A DNA stretch of 32,000 nt from Candidatus Helarchaeota ASGARD archaeon Hel_GB_B (GTDB lineage: Archaea > Asgardarchaeota > Lokiarchaeia > Helarchaeales > HEL-GB-B). The stretch is taken from assembly GCA_005191425.1 (NCBI GenBank), contig SUPR01000032.1, positions 3,494 to 35,493 of the forward strand, read 5' to 3'. Position 1 is the stretch's first letter. Each line of letters opens with the position of its first letter. Made by a program: the position numbers and the translations under genes. The notes under the pieces were generated by a model that saw only the letters and a program-made list of their open reading frames with translations, was not told the origin of the DNA and did no database searches. Shown here in pieces: positions 26,030-32,000 of this stretch.

Positions 26030-29000
26030 TTATTTTTTCAACTTTTTCTTTTCTTCCCTTTTTCGGAAAATAAATAGAAATGTGAAAAAAATTGTTATAA
26101 ATAAGATCATAAATGGTAATATATAATCAATAAATATACCAAATACCGATAATTCTATTTTAATTGGTTCTTTTGTTTCGTATAATAGTTGGTTCGTATT
26201 GTTTTCATCGATATAATAGATCTTTAGTATCAAATTATGGTCTCCGAAGTCCCATGGAAGGCTATTATATGAAAATTGAATATAAATATATTCTTTTTCA
26301 AAATATTCCTTTAAAGTATAATTAACTGAGGTTATATCATTAGAGCCCTCCCAATAATATACAACATTTATTTTTGATTCAACAGACCTATGATTTTCTA
26401 AAAAGACGCTTATATACCCTGATTGCCCTTGTAATAAAGATTGCGGGAAATAGCAATTATCAATTCCTATATTTGAAGTAATTTCGATAGAAAATTGATA
26501 TTGATCTGCCCCTTCATATTGAATTGTATAATTCTGTCTATGAATTTCTATTGTCCCCGTATAAGTACCTTTAGGAATTGATAGAACTGGTCTAAATGTT
26601 AAATAAAATTCTCTAGTTTCATTGGGTAATAATAATTCTGATTTATAAATATCTTTTAAGGCTATAGATTGCATTCGTATTGAAAAATATGCGTTTACAT
26701 GCTTCTTGAAATTCTGTGCTTTTAATACAAATTCTCTTTGATCGTCTTGTGCGATTTTATTTGGGACAGTAATTGATATTATTTCTATTGCGTTGCGTAT
26801 AGATATTGTAATAAAATAACTATGTAGCCATCGTCCTTGATATGAAATATCTGCATAAAGCTTATAATCACCTACTTGACATCGTTCATCAATTTTTAAA
26901 TCTTGTAAAAAGCTAGTATAGCCAGGATGAACTACTACGGAACGATTTATTTCAATAATGAAGTTATTCTCACCATAAAAAGTGATATTAGTGGTAGCAT
27001 CCGATAATCTTTCATTTTTTATAGTTATATTAATAGTAAATATATCTCCTTGTGCTATTATTGGATTTTTTGTGGTATAATTTGCAATAAATAGTCCATA
27101 ACCCACACTGACTCTTACAAGATAATCGGTGGAAGAATACCATGTTTTTGGTGTTATTGATGTATTTACATGGGATGCATGGAATGTAATATTATAAATA
27201 CCTTCAAATATCGATTGGTTTGAAACCGGGCCAAAAAATACTTCAAACCAACCGTCTGAATCTGTCGTTATTATTTTTGACTCCCACATAGAACCATTAT
27301 TTGTAAAATAAATTGTGGCATTTATATGTGCATTTGGGATACCTTGTGGGTTTAACAAATTTGTATTATCTACATATCTCCCTTTTATATCAATAACATC
27401 TTCCCCTAATACATAAGCATAATATGCAAAATCCTTTTGGTAATTGTTTCCGGAAGAGCCAAAAACTGGCAGAAATTTTAATAATTTATCATTTTTATAA
27501 GCTCCAACTGAAACAATTGCAGTTTTAGCCCGTTTTATGTAAAAAATATTATAATATGAACCAAATGAATCATTTAGGGCTGAAACATATATGAAAATAT
27601 TTTCGGAATTTGATATATTTATGTTTCCTATATAATATTCACTAGTATTTTCATTAAATGAAACTTTTAATTTATTAAATATTATTTCTTGGGTCACACC
27701 CTCTCCTTTATGCCATTTAATTATTGTTATATTCACTATTCCTGTTTTTGTGTTATTAAATTTATCTTTTAAAGTGAATGATATATTTGCATATTCGCCA
27801 ATAGGTGGACAATTACTAGCTGAAATCTTTATTGATCCATTTAACCAATTTCCTAAAAATGTAGTATTAACGATATTAAAGACTTTTATTAATGCTTGAA
27901 TGCACAAACTACTGGAAACTAAATCACCTGGATATATATTTGGAATTGGACGAGTATACAAATATCCACTTCTATTTACAAATGAATAAAACCCTGGTGT
28001 TGTTAAAGATGTTGTGTGATTTCCCATATATGTAATTAAAAAGTGTAATGTTGTTTCAATATAATAATAATGCATTTTATTTTTTGAGGTATTAAATAAA
28101 TCCATTAGTGCCAAAACAGCCCATGAATTATATTCTAGAAACTTGGTCATATTATATTTAATTTGGGGAAATGACCAATTTGAGTATGTTTTTCTATAAA
28201 AGCCCCCATATTTATCGTCCCATAAATGATTTTGTAAAACTTGAGCAGTAGCATTTGCCATTCTGTAGCAACTCAAATTATAATAGCTAGAGTTATCAAA
28301 TAACTTGTGCATTTTCAGGTTCACAATAATAGCTAGAGAATTTGATTTAGTGTCTTTGTCCCAGAATTTAGACCATCCAGTACTATTTCCAAATGAATAA
28401 TATCCACCGTTTGTTTTATCCCAAAAAGTGGTATTAATTGTTTGGTATGTTAAGTTGACCATTTTCAGAGCTTGATTCCTAATTGTTTGTCTCAACTCTA
28501 TGGTCTGATTAATTTTAAGCCCTGCTAACATTGCAAGAAAATTATCCGTTGAACTTATATTTGGGTTAGATGTGGTATTATCGCTTCTGTAGCACCCTAA
28601 TGTCGAATCCCAAAATGTATTATTTAAATATAACCAAGTATTGTTTGCTAAGTCCAAATAAAAATTGTCATGAGTACTTTGATAGATATCTAAAAAAGTG
28701 ATCACTGCCAGCGCATTATCATAAAGAAATGTTTTATTTTCTATAGCCCCTGATGTGTTATATTCAAGAAATCCTGAAATATTTTCTTTAGGAATAGTCA
28801 TTAGATTATTTTCGAGGTATTCTGCAGCCAATTTTTGGGCATTTATTAAAGTATCATTTCCATACCAGTTATAGCTAAGTATTGTCGATCCAATTATATT
28901 AATAATGTCGTTAATTCCTTTCAGTATCAATAAATTTCCTGAAGTTGAAACAATTGAATTAAAAGATGAATTATAAAAACCGTTTTTGGTCATTTTGAGA

Positions 29001-31999
29001 TATTTAAATATCGATGCCAATGTTTCGTAAGCGATTTTTACATATGCTGGAAATTTTCTTTCATAAGTATATGTCGTATATGTAGAAGCATAAGTAGTAT
29101 TAAGGACTAAAATATGAATATTAACAGTCTTACTCATCATGGAAATATTAAATGTATTATAATAAGTTAAATTATCTGATGATTTCTTAAAAGTGAATAA
29201 CTCAGGAACTCCATATAAATATACCAAAACAGATACATTTCCTACTTTTGACATGTTAGAATCTGTGATCTCTAAATAAACTGTTAATTCTTTTTGAGTG
29301 CTCGATATGTCGAATTTATTAACAGTGATATTTGAAATAACCAATGGCCTCTTAAAACTTGTGCGAATTTTTTCCAAATTAATGAATGAATTGCAAAGTA
29401 TAAAATTTGGCAAGGAATGCAGTTCTGATTCCATTCCTGTCGCACTTCCCACTCTTGATGTTCTAGGTAAAAATAAACTAAAATCTGATGAATAGGCAAA
29501 AGTAGACAAGTAAAAAGCAATTTTCTCGGCTTTCTCAAAATATGTAAAATTCTTATCGATATTGTAAAGGTCTAATAGGTCATCAATAAGATATGCATTA
29601 TCAACTACATTTTTATCAGAGTCTGATAAATAATTTGTTCCATTAACAGCCGTGTAATATCCTCCAAATTTACTGTCAAACAGATTTTGGTCTAAAAATT
29701 GCAAGGTATTTAAAGCTTTATTGTAATAACTTGTATTTCCAGTAAGATTATACCTTTCTAACAACATCTTTATGGCTAATATGTTTGATAGTGCTGTTTT
29801 AGCATATTTTGTGTTATTAATAGGTTGCCAATTCGTCCCATTAAATTCAGAATAAAACCCATTATTAGTAGAATCCCAAAGATTATTTAAAATATTGGAA
29901 ACTGTCAAATTAATTATTTTAGAGGAGGAATTCTTTATTTTTTCATTAATTTCTGGCGTATTTAAAATCGAAGAATAAGCTAATATAGCCCAAATTTGTG
30001 TCTCTAAATTTTTATTTGAGATATTTGTAGACCAGTTTGATGATAAAAATCCTGTAGCATTTCTATCCCAGAATGTGGCATTAAGATAATTCCACGTCCT
30101 ATTAGCTGTTTCCAAATATTCGCTTTTATTATATTTATTATACAATTCTAAAAAGACGATAATTGCTAACGCATTATCTTTAGAATAAGTAATTGAAGAA
30201 TAATGTGTTTCACTAGCAGTAATAGAACTTGGAAAATATTCATAATTTAATGACTGATTTACTTTAGAAAGTCTGTTAAGAAATCCTATTGTTCCTTCTA
30301 AATATTTAGTAAAAACTTGATCATAACAAAAAGTCGTCCAATTTAACCCATAATTTAATCCTGAACTTTGAATAAAATTCATGAGCGTTTTTATTGCCAT
30401 TAAATTCTCAAATGCCGTTTTATTGTCCAACATGATCTTGTAATAATATCCATATTTAGAATAATCCCAAAAGTTTATCACTGGAATTAACTTATTTGGT
30501 AAAGTATTTAAATTTTTATAGGCAATATCTAAGTATCTGGACAAACTTCTATTTATTTTATGATAATCAAAATAATTAACCGTTGTTGTATTAAATATTC
30601 CTATTCCAACAAATATTAAATCCAAAAAAGGGGTTATATCTATTTTTGTAGAATACTTACCTGAAGAATAATTGAACGAATAAACTGAACCAATTCCGTG
30701 TAGTTCTTTTCCATTAGTATCTGTTTGTTCCTTACCAATAACATATGCCATTATACCAGTTGTATTGATTTTTATTCCATTAGAGTTATAAATTTCAATC
30801 CCAAAAGTAATTTCTTTTTCATTGAAATCATAAACTTTTTTATTATTTTCAACAACAATAAAGAAGTTAGTCAAATTTGTTTCTAATTCATTTAAAGTTA
30901 ATAACATATTTATAGCAATTAGATTACCTTTTGCATATTTTACATAATATTTTCCATATTTCCCCATATTTATAAATTCTAATGGTAATCCTCTCCTATT
31001 AAATTCAAAATAATATCCGCCATACTCATAATCCCAATAAAATTGATTTACATAATTTGCTAAATTAGATGCATTTTCATAATAACTTGAATTTTTAAAT
31101 TCTTTATACATGGCTATTAGTGCAATTATAAATTCAGAGGTAGAAACGATATCTTTTTTATTGTATACGATTGTCCCATTTGAATATCCCTGAGAGAATA
31201 CTCCTCCATATTCTTGATCTATAAAATGTTCTAATAGAAATCTTGATATATTTTTACAATACAAATTATATAGTGAATGATTTAAATGGTTGGGATACTG
31301 ATCATTATAACTTAATAATGTAGTTATCATTAATGCATTCATTTCCAATTGTTTAGATTTATTAGTATCCGTAAAAGGTGTCCAAGAAACACTTGCATTA
31401 AAATAATATCCATAGTTTACATTATCCCACAAATTATCATTTATTAATTTGATTGTTTTATTAATAAGCAAGCTTGCATTGTTTCTAATTTGGTCAAAAA
31501 TAGCATTGTTAGTTTGAAGTATTTTTAAATTAGCTTTAATTGCATTAATATTGGCGATTAATGTTTTAAAACTTTTATTAGAACCTACCCCATAACTATA
31601 ATTATATCCGCCGTTTTTTCTATCCCAAAAAGTGCTATTCATAAAATACCATGTTGAATTTGCTATTTCTAAATAAGACAAATTATTTGTCTCTTCATAT
31701 AACGAAATTAATGCATAAATCATCATTGCATTATCTTCACATAAATATGCTTGGGTCTTACCTTCACTATCATCAGAAATATTCACTATAAACCCATTTC
31801 CTACCCTCGAATTTGCTATTAAATATTTCATATTTTTTTCTGCATAATCAATATACTTTTGAATACCGGTTGATTTGGCTAAATTTATTAATGTTAATAT
31901 TCCTGTTGCTACATGTGAGGTAATTTTCATCTTTTGTATATGAAATGAGCCAAAGAAAAAGGAATATTCCCAATCGTTTGTGGTATAGAAATTGAATGC
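26030..31999 (-). CDS. giant C-terminally anchored cell-surface protein with tandem (alpha/alpha)6-barrel-like and beta-sandwich domains; 5' end outside the window
   Basis: The frame stays open upstream of the track's ATG at 31930 to the edge (AFNFYTTNDWEYSFFFGSFHIQK). It has recurring WD..GG[FY] and DNA..I..L motifs, dense N-x-S/T sequons, and a terminal TM helix followed by RKREEKKKLKK. Confidence 0.85.
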   Translation of the reverse strand, partial: AFNFYTTNDWEYSFFFGSFHIQKMKITSHVATGILTLINLAKSTGIQKYIDYAEKNMKYLIANSRVGNGFIVNISDDSEGKTQAYLCEDNAMMIYALISLYEETNNLSYLEIANSTWYFMNSTFWDRKNGGYNYSYGVGSNKSFKTLIANINAIKANLKILQTNNAIFDQIRNNASLLINKTIKLINDNLWDNVNYGYYFNASVSWTPFTDTNKSKQLEMNALMITTLLSYNDQYPNHLNHSLYNLYCKNISRFLLEHFIDQEYGGVFSQGYSNGTIVYNKKDIVSTSEFIIALIAMYKEFKNSSYYENASNLANYVNQFYWDYEYGGYYFEFNRRGLPLEFINMGKYGKYYVKYAKGNLIAINMLLTLNELETNLTNFFIVVENNKKVYDFNEKEITFGIEIYNSNGIKINTTGIMAYVIGKEQTDTNGKELHGIGSVYSFNYSSGKYSTKIDITPFLDLIFVGIGIFNTTTVNYFDYHKINRSLSRYLDIAYKNLNTLPNKLIPVINFWDYSKYGYYYKIMLDNKTAFENLMAIKTLMNFIQSSGLNYGLNWTTFCYDQVFTKYLEGTIGFLNRLSKVNQSLNYEYFPSSITASETHYSSITYSKDNALAIIVFLELYNKYNKSEYLETANRTWNYLNATFWDRNATGFLSSNWSTNISNKNLETQIWAILAYSSILNTPEINEKIKNSSSKIINLTVSNILNNLWDSTNNGFYSEFNGTNWQPINNTKYAKTALSNILAIKMLLERYNLTGNTSYYNKALNTLQFLDQNLFDSKFGGYYTAVNGTNYLSDSDKNVVDNAYLIDDLLDLYNIDKNFTYFEKAEKIAFYLSTFAYSSDFSLFLPRTSRVGSATGMESELHSLPNFILCNSFINLEKIRTSFKRPLVISNITVNKFDISSTQKELTVYLEITDSNMSKVGNVSVLVYLYGVPELFTFKKSSDNLTYYNTFNISMMSKTVNIHILVLNTTYASTYTTYTYERKFPAYVKIAYETLASIFKYLKMTKNGFYNSSFNSIVSTSGNLLILKGINDIINIIGSTILSYNWYGNDTLINAQKLAAEYLENNLMTIPKENISGFLEYNTSGAIENKTFLYDNALAVITFLDIYQSTHDNFYLDLANNTWLYLNNTFWDSTLGCYRSDNTTSNPNISSTDNFLAMLAGLKINQTIELRQTIRNQALKMVNLTYQTINTTFWDKTNGGYYSFGNSTGWSKFWDKDTKSNSLAIIVNLKMHKLFDNSSYYNLSCYRMANATAQVLQNHLWDDKYGGFYRKTYSNWSFPQIKYNMTKFLEYNSWAVLALMDLFNTSKNKMHYYYIETTLHFLITYMGNHTTSLTTPGFYSFVNRSGYLYTRPIPNIYPGDLVSSSLCIQALIKVFNIVNTTFLGNWLNGSIKISASNCPPIGEYANISFTLKDKFNNTKTGIVNITIIKWHKGEGVTQEIIFNKLKVSFNENTSEYYIGNINISNSENIFIYVSALNDSFGSYYNIFYIKRAKTAIVSVGAYKNDKLLKFLPVFGSSGNNYQKDFAYYAYVLGEDVIDIKGRYVDNTNLLNPQGIPNAHINATIYFTNNGSMWESKIITTDSDGWFEVFFGPVSNQSIFEGIYNITFHASHVNTSITPKTWYSSTDYLVRVSVGYGLFIANYTTKNPIIAQGDIFTINITIKNERLSDATTNITFYGENNFIIEINRSVVVHPGYTSFLQDLKIDERCQVGDYKLYADISYQGRWLHSYFITISIRNAIEIISITVPNKIAQDDQREFVLKAQNFKKHVNAYFSIRMQSIALKDIYKSELLLPNETREFYLTFRPVLSIPKGTYTGTIEIHRQNYTIQYEGADQYQFSIEITSNIGIDNCYFPQSLLQGQSGYISVFLENHRSVESKINVVYYWEGSNDITSVNYTLKEYFEKEYIYIQFSYNSLPWDFGDHNLILKIYYIDENNTNQLLYETKEPIKIELSVFGIFIDYILPFMILFITIFFTFLFIFRKREEKKKLKK

Positions 32000-32000
32000 A

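Noticed and set aside
621-29538. Numerous short ORFs in the track (e.g. 621-812, 1265-1450, 2125-2316, 3819-4067, 7392-7847, 9609-9917, 10280-10714, 16873-17055, 23450-23827, 24271-24837, 25236-25553, 29284-29538, 29298-29495)
   Set aside because: They lie antisense to, or out of frame within, well-supported genes and show no recognisable motifs, so they are treated as shadow ORFs.
1-32000. tRNA, rRNA, CRISPR array, IS element, integrase, intein
   Set aside because: No GC-rich structured segment, no regularly spaced direct repeats, and no transposase, recombinase or intein motifs were seen by eye. A short or degenerate element could have been missed.

Overview
Very AT-rich, densely coding archaeal window, most likely from an Asgard archaeon (Loki/Hel-type). 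This is an inference from a gelsolin-domain gene, a roadblock gene, an EMC3/TMCO1-type DUF106 gene, archaeal-type Rqc2, a single-domain KaiC-like ATPase, Lrp and GGTGA ribosome-binding sites. I find 27 CDS, two of them truncated at the window edges (an MFS transporter at left and a surface protein of more than 1,989 aa at right). I saw no rRNA, tRNA, CRISPR array or transposase. Left half: metabolism and metabolite repair (MFS, two DUF362 Fe-S proteins, ADP-ribosylglycohydrolase family, cupin, DAG-kinase-like, Nudix, TPR, FGGY kinase, class III aminotransferase, two membrane-anchored LbH acyltransferase-like paralogues, two CBS proteins). Right half: eukaryotic-signature and housekeeping genes. 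The best candidate for something new is 16629-17486, which reads as a natural in-frame fusion of an EMC6/OPTI(RAB5IF)-like 3-TM unit to an EMC3/TMCO1/Get1-like DUF106 unit, i.e. a single-chain 6-TM Oxa1-superfamily insertase, divergent from Rqc2. Next are a roadblock protein with a long disordered tail carrying four repeated amphipathic motifs and a Trp-acidic end, near a 1DGelX-type gelsolin; a giant membrane-anchored protein with three tandem (alpha/alpha)6-barrel-like plus beta-sandwich modules; and a tandem pair of stand-alone TM-LbH proteins resembling NRPS/Pls terminal domains. All family calls come from motif recognition by eye and from memory. No searches were run.
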